Below are positions 13,401 through 25,367 of a stretch of 64,000 bases of DNA, in pieces. A model generated the notes under the pieces. It was not told the DNA's origin and made no database searches. It saw only the letters and a list, made by a program, of their open reading frames with translations. Position numbers and translations under genes: made by a program. Position 1 is the stretch's first letter; each line of letters starts with the position of its first letter. This stretch comes from Bugula neritina (taxonomy: Eukaryota > Animalia > Bryozoa). The stretch spans positions 2,108,001-2,172,000 of the forward strand of contig OZ037766.1 in assembly GCA_964035545.1 (NCBI GenBank), read 5' to 3'.

Positions 13401-14931
13401 TGGAGACGTCAGGACACCCAACAACTGCAAATAACAATAGAAAGAGAATTCTAGTTACTATTGTTGACTGCATTCTTTGAAGTTTTAAGATTAATTCAGA
13501 AACAATGCATATCACAATTAATTGGGGTTTTAGTATCAAATTTACAAACAGTATAAACAATAATAATATTAATTTAAGGCGGTATTCATCAAATTGTAGT
13601 GAGTATAAAGTTCTCTATACCACAAAAAACACCAACAATTACTTTATAGTATCTTGAGAATTCTATTTATTATCATATTTTAGCCAATCAGTTTCTTTTG
13701 TATAACCACACTATAATGCTATTGTAGCCTATATGTACATAGATTAATATATGTATTATATTATGCACTAATATTATGTTAATGTATGTTCTATATACTA
13801 TACTACTATTATATACTGAAATTTAATAGATATTTCGTACATGTACTCATGCATGTAGCCATTCTCACAACACTCCCATATTATATCTGTCATTTACTGT
13901 ATCATTATTCAACTAGCAATTTCTCACATGTATAACATCAATAATTCCTTATTGTGAAGAGTGTATAAGTATATCTACAGGCATGTCTAACCAAAGGTTA
14001 AATGTGGTTTAACTATTGCCATTGTTTTGTATATCTGATGAATGATATTAGATATTTTTTAGACATTTTTGACGTTATCAGCAAAAGCTCAGGACTGTCT
14101 TATAGTAAGTCTCTGATTGTGTGGCAAAATACATTCAAGGAGTGAAGTTAAACAATATTATATTATTTGGGAAATGTGCCTACCAATATTCTATGCTAAC
14201 CTTGTGCTATAGAAATGCCCAGAATGAGTGCATTCTATGCTAAAGCTGTGCTACAACATAATTGGATTTGAAATCAAAATTTTTGTTAGAGTTTTCATGA
14301 TTCTAAAACAACTATAATAGGTAGCTTTATTTGTGTTGCAGCACAGGTTCCATGTTCCTAATTGAGTAGATTAGTAAGAAGCTAGTATTGTTGCTATAGA
14401 AGTATAATTGTTGGCAGCAACTATTTCATTTTCAGCTAGTATAGGTTCGACATCCTAACATAATTTCATTTCAGTAGTAGGTTTAAGGAAGCTGCTAGAA
14501 TGTATAACAGTTACTCATTATACTCTACTGAGGATGGGTTTGTATTAGTTATAAGTGATAATAAAGCAATAAAACAACTCTGTCTGTGCTTGTTATAGCT
14601 AAGCACTACAGTTTTCAAAAACCTCAAAAGTTTCTTTTACTTTGCTTAAAGCTATATCTTCCTTTCTCTCAGTTTATTGTACAATTATACATATTATCTC
14701 TATTTCTTAACACGTTATACAATTATATAAACAATTTGCAGGAGCTGTGAATAATATAAACATTTTATTTACACGCTGCACCCAACTGTAGCTTTGTGTT
14801 TCAGCCTCATATCAACTCTCAAATGTATGTAACATAGGATATAGTCTATTTCTCTCACCTTGTGCTTTAGCTTCATAAACAGAAAATAGAATTAGGCAGA
14901 GTATGTTAGCAGACCAAAGTGTTATCTCCAT
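7428..14931 (-). CDS. Type-I transmembrane C-type lectin receptor with mucin-like stalk (signal peptide - CTLD - Thr/Pro stalk - TM - NPxY tail)
   Basis: 8 exons, all GT-AG and in frame: 14931-14859 ([24 protein letters not shown], signal peptide), 13424-13285 (CYHF...WTEANTYC), 11821-11698 ([16 protein letters not shown]), 10391-10224 ([11 protein letters not shown]...DCA...WMDYPC...FICE), 9619-8621 (PTTTTTT repeats, Ser/Thr-rich), 8399-8346, 7923-7848 ([25 protein letters not shown]), 7563-7428 (RKKSRR...QYNNPLYED...*). Confidence 0.92.
9170..9610 (-). repeat. Coding mucin-type tandem repeat, P(T)n units of mostly 7-8 codons
   Basis: (ggtgtggtagtagttgtagtt)-like units on the + strand translate to PTTTTTT in lectin exon 5. 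Confidence 0.95.
9826..10093. mobile_element. Probable MITE / non-autonomous DNA transposon in a lectin intron
   Basis: Imperfect terminal inverted repeats: left cattcacacttgccgtaacg...atatcagccatttt, right aaaatggctgatgttt...cggtacggcaagtgtaaatg. About 270 bp, no ORF. No target-site duplication identified. Confidence 0.5.
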
Positions 14932-16516
14932 TTTCTATAAACTTAGTGAATGTGAATAGTGACAGCTCTTTCAGTCAAATGAGGGGATTTTTTAAACTGA
15001 ACTACTAAACTGGAGAGAAGCTGTAGCCAATAGAAAACAAGTGCATGATAAATACTAACGGAATGCCTTTAGCTATATGCAGATATTATATTTATATGGT
15101 CATATAACCTAATTTATACATCAGGCCATGTAACCTTCGTGATGGAAATGTTGTTTATACACTAAAATATCACAACCAACAGGAAGTTAAATCAGGAATT
15201 ACGACACTATACACTACTTGATTTTTCTAGTTCGAGTATCTTAAGTTTGGCACATTGCCAGCAGCAATTTGCTAGTACAGTAAACTGGGGAATAAATTGT
15301 AAATTGAAACCAGTTTTAATATGAATCATAATATTATGCTAATATTAAAATTAAGTTATTTCAACTATGTTATTTATTCACTGTTATGTGTGGTTTTTAC
15401 ACTTAAAGGGCTAAACATTGGTCCAGTGTAAGTATGTAAAAACAACTATTGAAATAATTGGGGATTCTCAACTGTTTTATGACAGTATTATTAATAGTGA
15501 AAAATATCACTTGAAGAAGTAGATTGTGTTTATAATGTTAATTTCAGGAACTCTAGTACTCCATCAAGTTAGAGGCTGTTTGTTTTACCTCAACCTTTAA
15601 GCAATACAGATCTCTAATGCTATCAATGGTTTGATTAATTTACTTAAATAATTATATTCCATGGAAACTGGAACTTAAAATTAGCATTTTGTATCATTAT
15701 TTAGTTCTGTGGTTTTTTAACTTTCACATCTTTTCTATGAATAAACGCAAGCACTTATTGCAAAGTATTCACAGGTATTTGAATGGCGTTATGTAACAAC
15801 TATTCTTTGTTTGCTTACATGCCAATTCGATACAAAAAGCGTTGACTATTTTTAATAATATATTTATAACAAAAGTAATTACCGCCATCAAAACTTCACC
15901 TATTAAAGAATTATATTGGCTGGACTCTCAGAACATATTCAAAATTTTAAATAAAGGTTTGACAACTCCAACACAGCTAGAGAAACTCTCATTAGGTGAC
16001 TGCAATATCATATTATTATATTACAACTACATTATAAGAAAAAGTTATGCAAAAGCATAACTTATTTAAATAATTCAAATACATTGAATGAGTTCAAATG
16101 TAGTTACCCATAATTTTCTAAACATCTAAAGCTAACTTCATACAAGCAATTTACAAATTGCTGTTTAGCTATATGAGCCCATATATCCTTAGACTTAAAT
16201 ATCTGATTGGCGATGTCCTTTCTTATTTTGATGTACTTAGAGTAACTTTAAATTGTTCACCTATTTGGTTGGTCTTGTACAAACTATAGGGCATATTGCA
16301 TATGCAATGCTCATAGTGTATAAACTGTATTATATACATGGCGCAGGTAATTTGGTTAGTTTTTGTGTCTTTAATAGAGTTGTCTGTTCTTATAAAAACT
16401 GTGCCTATTTTGAAAGAAAATAACACAAGAAAATATTTTTTGATAAAAGATAATTATTTGTAAAACTCAAAAAAACTGAAACTTTTTCAATTTTGTGGCA
16501 TACGACACTTTTTGTT

Positions 16517-16538
16517 GTTACCTAGGATACCGGAAGTT
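16517..16538 (+). promoter_or_regulatory. Putative promoter element of TIR gene A: RFX X-box-like GTTACCTAGGATAC overlapping an ETS site ACCGGAAGT
   Basis: Both motifs are present at 16517-16530 and 16529-16537. They are followed by a plausible non-coding first exon (donor gtatgt at ~16611) and an acceptor (ttttaaag, 17629) just before the ATG at 17681. Confidence 0.45.
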
Positions 16539-16749
16539 GCAGAAAGGCGTTTCATGCCTGTATCAATAGCATAGGCCCCCCGAGACTGATCATTTAAAAT
16601 GTAGATTTTTGTATGTTAGGTCTACTGTAATTTCATAAAATTGCCCTATATTTGAAATGGGTTGTATTTTTGATATTAAAAATAGAGCTGTAGCTTTCTA
16701 TATATAGTTTTTTGACTGCCAGTCAATTCATCAATATGATTACTCAAAG

Positions 16750-17350
16750 TTCGTAGCTGCATACTCATACTCATACTGACTGATAGTGATAGTGATACTC
16801 AATGAATATGACAATCTCATACTTTGATAGTGATACTCATAGTCATAGTGATAATCATGGTCATAATAATACTGATAGCGATAGTCACAATGAGTGCCAT
16901 ATCAATATGAATATCCATAATCATACTCGTAGTGATAATATTATTTATATTTATAGTACTAGTAGTACCCAATCTCATACTGATACTCGCAGTTAATGTT
17001 ATACTGATAGTGATAGTGGTAGGCATAACACAGAGACCAACTGTCTGACAGCAAATCCATGCTGATGCTAAAAATTAACCCGAATTTCATAGTCATGGCG
17101 ATAGGCATAGTGATTGGTATAGTCATAATGATTACGGTAATGATAATCATAAGGCATCACGCAAAATGCAAATACCTGATAAATGTTGCTAGTTAGACTA
17201 AAGGTAAATAAAAATTAATGTAAATATAATACTTATGCTATAATAGCAGTTATACCTATAGACTATAGTTATACTTATAGTATAGTAAGTAAACAAAAGC
17301 TTCAAGTATATTTACCAGTGATAGTAATTCTAATAGTAATAATAGTAGTA
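16750..17350. repeat. Low-complexity (ata/gat/act) tract in the putative first intron of TIR gene A
   Basis: Degenerate tri-/hexanucleotide repeats such as gatagtgatagtgatactc. Confidence 0.7.
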
Positions 17351-17680
17351 AATATACTTGATGTACCAGTACTAAGACTCAATTGAAATTAAGGTCGAAG
17401 TTGGATGTACCTGCTTTATTTAGTTTCATTGTTGTAAGTTACCATTACTATAACATAAATTTAAATAATATTTTTAAATTATAATAATTATTAGGATGTT
17501 GTAATATGTAATTAATTTTATTACTAATAATTATAGTGACCTAAAGGCTGAAAAAAATTAAATTGTGATGCTTATACTGTGTCACTTGTTAAATCTATTG
17601 GTGTGAGCAAATGAAGTTTTCTTTTAAAGGTTCAGCCTATAGGAGCTGTTACAGTCAATTGAAGATTTATCACTACAGAA

Positions 17681-20600
17681 ATGGCTTCCAGATCTCAACA
17701 TGTCTCTACAAATAATTCTAATCCTGATCATCATAGTAATACTACTAGTACTAGTAAGATTGAAGTTGGTGATACTCCAGTTGATAGTCTGGCTGTCTCA
17801 ACTAGCGCCAATATGTCAGATGCTAAATCCGAGAAGACAAATCAGAATTCCTCTCTTCCACAAATATCTCCTTCCAACTCAGTCGGTCTTACTCAAGTAC
17901 CAGCTGCCCCATCTTCATACATTACAAATGCAAACCTTGAATTAACTAAAACTGGGAGTCATATTCATACTGATACGAAATCCAACATTCAGACTGATCA
18001 TCGTTGTGAGAAAGTTGTGAACTCTAACACAGAAAATCTGTTTCAATCTGTGTCTGAAATGCAAACTAGTAAGGATAACTCGAATTCCCATGTTGATTCA
18101 GGAGTTATGTTACCCAAACGAATTGCTCAGATGAATGAAAGTGATCGAAAACTCTGGTGTTTGACAGATGGTAATGCAAATCACTGCATTGAAGATCTTG
18201 GATCTTTAGTTCAGACTCTGGTGGCAGAATTTTCTTTGGAGAGTAAAGCTTTTCAAATTTACTCTCCACTAGTTGAGTAAGTCTTGAATTAAAATTATTT
18301 GAAGTTTATATATATTACAATAATTTTTAGTAATGCGGTATGGATGTTTTAGAATGATCTAGAAAGTAGCTAACTTCCTGTCAGATATGCATTAGTAAAA
18401 GTAGCAAGTTCAATGTCAACTCATAATATGTATTTTTGAATAAATTATGTGACTGTTGGTATATTTTTAGAAGTACGAATGTTTCGGGTAAATTTGTTTA
18501 AAGTTTGTTTAAATAGTTTAACTTTTCATATTTTAGACTGGTCGGAAACGCCCTTTTGCTTGCTAAATGCTGTGAACAGAACCGTCAAAAGGTAGCTGAA
18601 CTCTTAGTTGAAAGCGGATGGGTCGAGTTTCTGATGCTACAAACAGAGACTCTACTTAAACAAGTTGATCTGGCAGCAGACGGCTGGAAAGATGACATCA
18701 TCATTTCTAAAACTAACATACTCCTACAGGGACTGACAACTCTGACATTTATAATTAACCAGAGTAGTAAAGAAACTGCGTGTAAATTGAAAAACAACTT
18801 GGCAAAGGATTTATTAAAACTTTTAAAACATAAAGATTTGGAAACTGCAACTTCTAACTCACTCGAAGACCAAGTATTCTCTAGGCTTATGCATTTATTA
18901 GAAGATTTGGTTTTAGCAGAGGCGTTCAGTCAAATGATGTTAAACGGGGTTCAGTTAGAGGTTGAAGAGTTGATGTTGAAATATCTGGCAGGTACTCAGT
19001 CTAAAGATGTACGTCTGCTGAGTCAACATATTCTGTCCCACATCACTCATGATGACACAACTCCTCGGCTTTCCATTGAATACATGAGCAAAGCTCAGCC
19101 GACAGACGGGTCTCTCAGCGACTTCATCAAGTCTGCTCAGCACGTTGTGAAGAGGCTGGAATCCATAGATTTATCTGTTCACATGTCTAAGCCTTGGCGA
19201 ATGATTTGGGATTTTAGGTAACTTTGCTATATTCCAGTGCATGCACTTTTGACAGTGTATGGCAGGTCCTCTCTGGTGATCTCATGTACTTGGTTAAATA
19301 AATTTAGTTTATTTTCACACATGCAGATTATTTTACTTGTAGATATAATTTTTCACGTACCAAATATTTTTGCAGAAATTTTTAAAACAAATTGTCAAGT
19401 GATGCAGTACTCATCCGCTCATAATTTGTTAATATTTAATGTACAGGTTTATGGAACGAATAGTTATCTTCTCAACGTACGAAAAGTGTTCATCTGATGT
19501 TCGCTCCAGTGTTTTCCAGGCAGTCGTTAAGGATGGTACGTGGTTCAGGTTTATTTCAACATTTTACCAAAAGTTGATGTTGAGTTTGGATCACTACAAC
19601 CCTGAAACAACTGACCATCTGTCAGCGTTAGTGCTGGAGTCAGCTTTGAGCAATTTGCTCTCAGCTCTCCTAACCATTCACAACGGGACTGACGTCTGCA
19701 AAGAACAGGAAGTGCAGCAAATGACCTTTGACCTCTTTCACGGTCTGTTAATTCAGCAGTTGCAAAATCCCATTATGATAGAAGCTCTTTGCGCAAAGTC
19801 AGAGAAAAGCGGAATCTATGCTGTTTTAGCCAAGATTGGTTACTCGATGGTAGTTATTATTTACAACTGGACGTATCACTTTGACTCCTGTATCGCGACG
19901 CTGCGGGCCAAAGGAATGATGGCTGTTGCGAGGAATATTCGTGAAAACGCACAGAATTCCGAGTTGCGTACCATGGCTTTGCTGACCATGGCTTATATGG
20001 TGGATGAAGACAGTGAAGACGATCATGAAGAGAAAGATCTGCTTAAAATGACAGACTCTGAACTGACCTTTCTCATAAAAGAGCTGGAGAATTCAGCAGG
20101 ATCTCAAGTGAAGTATGCCTACCACCCGAATGAACTTATTGATGCTTTGACTCGAGTGGCTGTCAATGATCACAACAAGTTAAAGGTCATTGATCAGGGC
20201 GTGCTGCCTCTTCTCGTGCAGTTCCTGGACGCTGACAAACATGCTCCCGAGTATCAGGTCGCTGCTGCCAACGCTCTCTGGAACTTGGCTTTCACAGATG
20301 AGAGCTGTCAAAGAATAGTCAAGGAGACAGGGTGTGTTGAAGGTGAGATGGGTTTTATTCAAATTATTTATTTAGTAACTTTTTGAAAATTTATTTTCAG
20401 TTGTGTGGACCATGAGCTGTTATATAGTAATAGATGAACATGTGATAAAATTATGAATAGTTTGGATAGATTTACTCCTTTTGTTAACTTTTAATTACCA
20501 ATTATGTAAAGTAAATGGTTAAAGACATGACTAGTATGAGGTCTATTATAAAGTCTACTATGCTATAATATATACTATACTCTATAGTATAAGTGTCATA

Positions 20601-23600
20601 CATGTTTCCTTTATTTAGGATTGTCCAAACTGAAAGCCTCTAAACACGAAGACGTGCGGAAGGCAGTGGAAGGTGCTCTGTGGCAGATCCAAGAAAAACA
20701 CCATCAGAATTCTAAGACAGGTGCTTCTTCTGTTCATCAAGTGATTTTTTTATATTTCCAACACTCGTTGTAGTGTCAAAGAAACATTTCAATCGTTGCA
20801 TATTAATAATAGACTTCAACTCTTTGCAATGCACCCAACCTTTAAACTGCTGTATTGTGATTATCTTCCTTGGAGACACAAGCTTTTATGTTGAGTAGTT
20901 TCAGAACGACTTTTAAGTTATGAAAAAGTGCTGATGACTTAACAACGAATAAAGTTTTGCCTGGTGTAACATTTACACCGACAACTGGCAAGTAACAAAT
21001 AAATCACTTGGATCGTTGCTTTAAATTGTAGCAAGAACTTTTTTTAATGAAATTTTGTCAGGCAAGCATTACACACATTGAATTTATTAAAGATTAATTC
21101 TAATTTAATACCAAAATAAGTTAAAATCAATTGCTTGATTTGTCGTGTAGTGACTGTAAAGAAGCAGATAATGCTAAGTTACAATCACCAATCAGCTGAG
21201 CAAATGTTGAAGATCAGGAATATACTGACCAGTCATGGCTACAAGGTCTGGATAGATGTGGACCGTATTACAGATGGTGAGTTGTTGAAACCTTACACTT
21301 GCTAGAACTGTTTGTATGTTAGTAGATTTCACAATTGTGGCTAACAGCTGGTTATATAAATGAAATATTAGTAATTAAAACAGGAAAACCGATATCGAAA
21401 TCGTTCTTGCTTTATCTAATTTATTTTTTATTCAAATGCATGTTTTCAACCACTGAATAGTTATAAATTGACTCTTCTAATTTTTTTGTTGACAGTTTGG
21501 ACACATAACTGTAAATTTTGGTTATTTTCCACAGTTTTGGAGTTTACTTTTGTATTTTTAGGGGGTTCGATGTTGGATGCTATGAGACAAGGGATTCAAG
21601 AATCGTTTTTGGTGCTCATTTTTATCAGCGAAGCTTATAAAAACAGTGTTTATTGTAGAGCAGGTAATGTATACTGTAGTGTATGTAGTGTATACTGTAG
21701 TGTATACTGTAGTGTATGCTGTAGTGTATACTGTAGTGTATACTGTACAGTATACTGTACTGTATACTGTACTGTATACTGTAGAGTACTGTATATCGTC
21801 TACTGATTTCAGAGGCTGAGTATGCATTTGCGCAGAAGAAGCGATTCCTGCCCATAGAAGTTGACGCCAACTACAAGCTCAATGGCTGGCTCAACGCTCT
21901 CCTGGGTGCCAAGTATCGGTATTGTCTGACCAACCCGCGAAGATATGACATGGAGGTGAAGGCCATTCTGTCTAAGATCAGGCATGTTATTGGTCCTGGG
22001 AGCAATGGAGATAGTGAGTATCGCCTCAGACTTGTCTGTATTCGTGCTGTGACATGCATACTTACACTTTACTCTTGATTCCGCTAGTCACCATATTTGT
22101 GTATCATTTAAGCTCCATCCAAAATTTTGAGAATTTAAGAGTTGAGTTGAAGCATCACCACACTATGCTTGTACTTAGCATGAAAGAGTTCTAATGAAAT
22201 TTACTAGTTTTTGGCTGTAGTCTGTCATAAGAAAGTTTTTTATTTCTTCTATTATATTTAACCGATGTAGGGAAGAAGTATCGGCTTCCGCCACCTATCC
22301 CAGAAGCCCACTCTCACAAGGATGATTATGATGTAACTCCTGAAGGCTATCTGAACCCCCATCCACCCCCTCTGCCAAAACCTGCTGAATTCCACTCTCA
22401 GAAAATCTCTTCCCCGGAACTGCCCAGTCCTTTTGCATCTCCTGGGGCTACACTTTCAACTCCCTCCAACCACCAATTGAAATGCTCTTCGTGGACTTCA
22501 CAGCAAGTTGCTGATTGGCTAGACTCGTCTAATCTATCTCAGTTTAAAGAGAGGTAACGAGTTACTAATACCAGTTGAATTGTGCATTCAGTTAGGTGGT
22601 CATAATGAGCACATTCTAGAATTTTCCAGCTGAAAAAGTGTTAGGTTTTTGTATTGCTTTCTGAGTTGAGTTAGTGTTAATAGTTCTTGAAACTGGTATC
22701 AAGTTAACACTTAAACCTGTTGGCAAGGTCATTTAAAGGTGGCACTGATTGCATATGACTTGGTTTAGCAGTTTAACAGTAAGTATATGCAATGGACTGG
22801 GCTGCACGTAATGGCATGATGTTATTTGTAAGTCGCTAACTAAAGATATTTCTTATCGTTTACTATAAGTCTTAGTGTAGAGTAAGAAAGATAAATGATC
22901 TTGTATATAGTAGACAAACAGCCATTTTTTTACAGTCAGGAGTTGTCTGTCCTTTAAATAAACCTTCTGTCAAGAAAATAGAAATCTCAAACTAAAACTT
23001 CCGGTTATTAGTTAAAAATACAGGCTGGATAAGAACTGATTGTATGACAATATTGTGGTTTCCCTTTGTGTAAATGTATTTTAATTCTAGTTGAGGAAGC
23101 AAGTCAAAAACATATTAAGAAGTATCAGTGCTATTTCAAACTTGTTAGCAAATTTCACCCGTAATTTCTTTTTCTAGTTCCTTGTAATAATTTCATAGCA
23201 GATCTTTGATTTTTTGATTTGCACTTAATTTCTTGTTCCTTCTGAGCAGATAACTCTAATGTTAAGCAATTTCTGTTCATAAGAAACATGATTTTTTTCA
23301 GCATTAAAAACTGTCAATCTGGCATGTGAAAAGCCCTAAAGATACTTTATATTGTGATAATTATGTGTTTTCTATTGCTTGGAAAACTGTAGATCTTTAC
23401 TTATAGTGTGGTTTTCCCTCTAGAGTTTAAGTTGAGGGTGAGAAGAGTTTGTGTTACACTATAACGACAGTTTATGCTATAATTATTTTCAAACTCTAAT
23501 GTTATTTGAAAAACTTGCGAGTTTGCACAAATGTTGATTTTTAGCATTTTAAAACAATTAATATAATTTAATATAATATAGTTTCAACAAGTCAGACTGT

Positions 23601-23843
23601 TTATATTAAATCTTTTAAACTCCGCTATGCCACTACTAAGTCTATCGTCATACATCTATCATCACATACTCCTTGGTTTCTAGTTTCAAGGAGGTGGACG
23701 GGGAAATGTTAGCTGAACTCGTTCTTCTCTCTCGAGATCACAAAGATATGTTTTACACGCTGCTGAACAAAACATCAGTGACTCATATCGCTGACTTTCT
23801 CAGATTCAGCTGCGCTGCCAGGAAGTTATACATGCAGCAATAG
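17681..23843 (+). CDS. ARM-repeat - TIR - SAM protein, paralogue A (~1048 aa)
   Basis: 9 GT-AG exons in frame: 17681-18276, 18537-19217, 19447-20342, 20619-20720, 21151-21276, 21562-21663, 21813-22013, 22271-22553, 23684-23843. ARM signatures: NKLKVIDQGVLPLLVQFL...AAANALWNLAF and VRKAVEGALWQI. TIR_2: IMLSYNH...GYKVWIDVD...AMRQGIQES..VLIFISEAYKNSVYCRAEAEYA...FLPI...YKLNGWL..LLG. SAM: WTSQQVADWL...L.QFKESF.EVDGEML. AATAAA at ~24206. Confidence 0.9.
21664..21800. repeat. 12-bp minisatellite (gtagtgtatact)n filling the intron that splits the predicted catalytic Glu codon of TIR gene A
   Basis: About 10 near-identical units between the donor at 21664 and the acceptor at 21812. Confidence 0.9.
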
Positions 23844-24643
23844 TCAGCCCTAGTCCACTAATTATAAAGTTGTCCTATCTTTCAAATACCTGATGGTTTG
23901 TTTAAATCTTCAGTTGTTGGTTCATAGCCATTTTTCAACCTTTACAATAGTCACTGCGCCAGTTTATTTATGCTGTATCTTAATTTAAGAGTTTTTTTTA
24001 AAAGTTAGTTGATAGAAGTACATCTCACAATAGTGCTCAAATAAATATAGGATTCTATCTTTTTATAGTGTAATGATCTACAATTGCCAACTGTTTCTGT
24101 GTGTTTGACATTTTAAATTATTTTTGTATTTGATTTTATATTTCAGACATTCTTTTAGATGTTTTTATCACATATATATTTTATTTTCATATCTCTTTTT
24201 ACCCAAATAAAATGTATTTAAATAAACCTAATCTATGCACATCCAAATACCCACAGTTCTATTACTATAATAAAATTTTCTGTGGAACATAGCAAAAGGA
24301 TTTTGTTGAACAATCTAATATGGCGATTTAGGTAGATCTACAACTATAAATCTAGTTGTGAATATATTCTTAGTGTCCTAACACCTACATCAACCGTAAC
24401 CAGGTTGTTACAGCATGTTAGGACTTAAAAATATTAGCACAATTCTAGTAAATAGAGCAAATGGTTTAGGATAATTACAAATGTGTAGCAAATAGTGAGG
24501 TTGTGGCATTAATGTGAATATTATATCATAACTTGTTTATACTAATACCGTAACAGTTTGGTTGTGGCAGCTGTTAAATTGAACATAAAGCTATAGTTAT
24601 CTTCTCCTGTGCTACAACGACATCCTTTTTTTCTTTGAACAAC

Positions 24644-24657
24644 GTTGCCTAGGCGTC
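24644..24657 (+). promoter_or_regulatory. X-box-like motif GTTGCCTAGGCGTC upstream of TIR gene B
   Basis: Two mismatches to GTTGCCTAGGCAAC. It lies ~150 bp upstream of a plausible first donor (caag|gtattg at 24801); an acceptor ttgcag at 25357 precedes the ATG at 25368. Confidence 0.35.
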
Positions 24658-24969
24658 TAGAAGTTTTAGCGTCTCGTAGGAGGATTCATCGTACAAACCG
24701 TTAAAATAACTCTGAATAATATGTAAAACACGAACTATAGTTCCCGTGACAATGCACAAACATAATAATATTGTTGTTGAGGCACATGAGACTTTTCAAG
24801 GTATTGCCGTTTTCCATTTAACGTCTGTTTATTCGTGTAAATGCTTAAATTATGATGGCTTTGGCGTCTAAAACCACTTTTTTCTATGAAACTTGAAAGC
24901 TATCATAATTTCATTCATGTGAGCTATTTTACTATGATAGTTACAACGTTAAAAATATTTACAACCAGT

Positions 24970-25150
24970 TGCTAGTAGTACTACGTCTACTAGTACTAGT
25001 AGTAGTAGTACTACACTGTCACTAGTCACTAGTACTACTAGTACTAGTACTACTAGTACTACTACTACTAGTAGTTGTACTACTCTGATAATTATAATCA
25101 TAATGTCTAGTCACTAATGATGAATTACTATCATTATGATTATGGTTAAT
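24970..25150. repeat. (act/agt)n low-complexity tract in the putative first intron of TIR gene B
   Basis: Runs such as tagtactactagtactagtactac. Confidence 0.8.
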
Positions 25151-25367
25151 ATTATATTCATATTGCCTATCTTTGCTATTTTGTACACAGCATGAGTGTA
25201 AAAGGATAAAGTCTGCCATTTTGTATTTTGCAATCAAGTTTATATTCTGACGTGATTTAAATAAGTACAATAACCTATCTATAATTTTCTTTAAATTTTA
25301 ATGTATTCTAACCTTGGCCAAAAGCAAATAAACTCATTTTATATTAAAACATTGCAGCCAACCAGCC

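Noticed and set aside
16802-17150. His/Ser-rich and Ile/Met-rich short ORFs
   Set aside because: Products of low-complexity DNA; the same applies to the ORFs at 25022, 40283 and 51869.
21468-21870. Cys/Tyr repeat ORFs (VYCS, STVY, YSIH)
   Set aside because: Translations of the 12-bp intronic minisatellite.
21151-22013. Recent horizontal transfer of a bacterial TIR
   Set aside because: The TIR is interrupted by spliceosomal introns conserved between both paralogues, and TIR_2-type domains are widespread in invertebrates.
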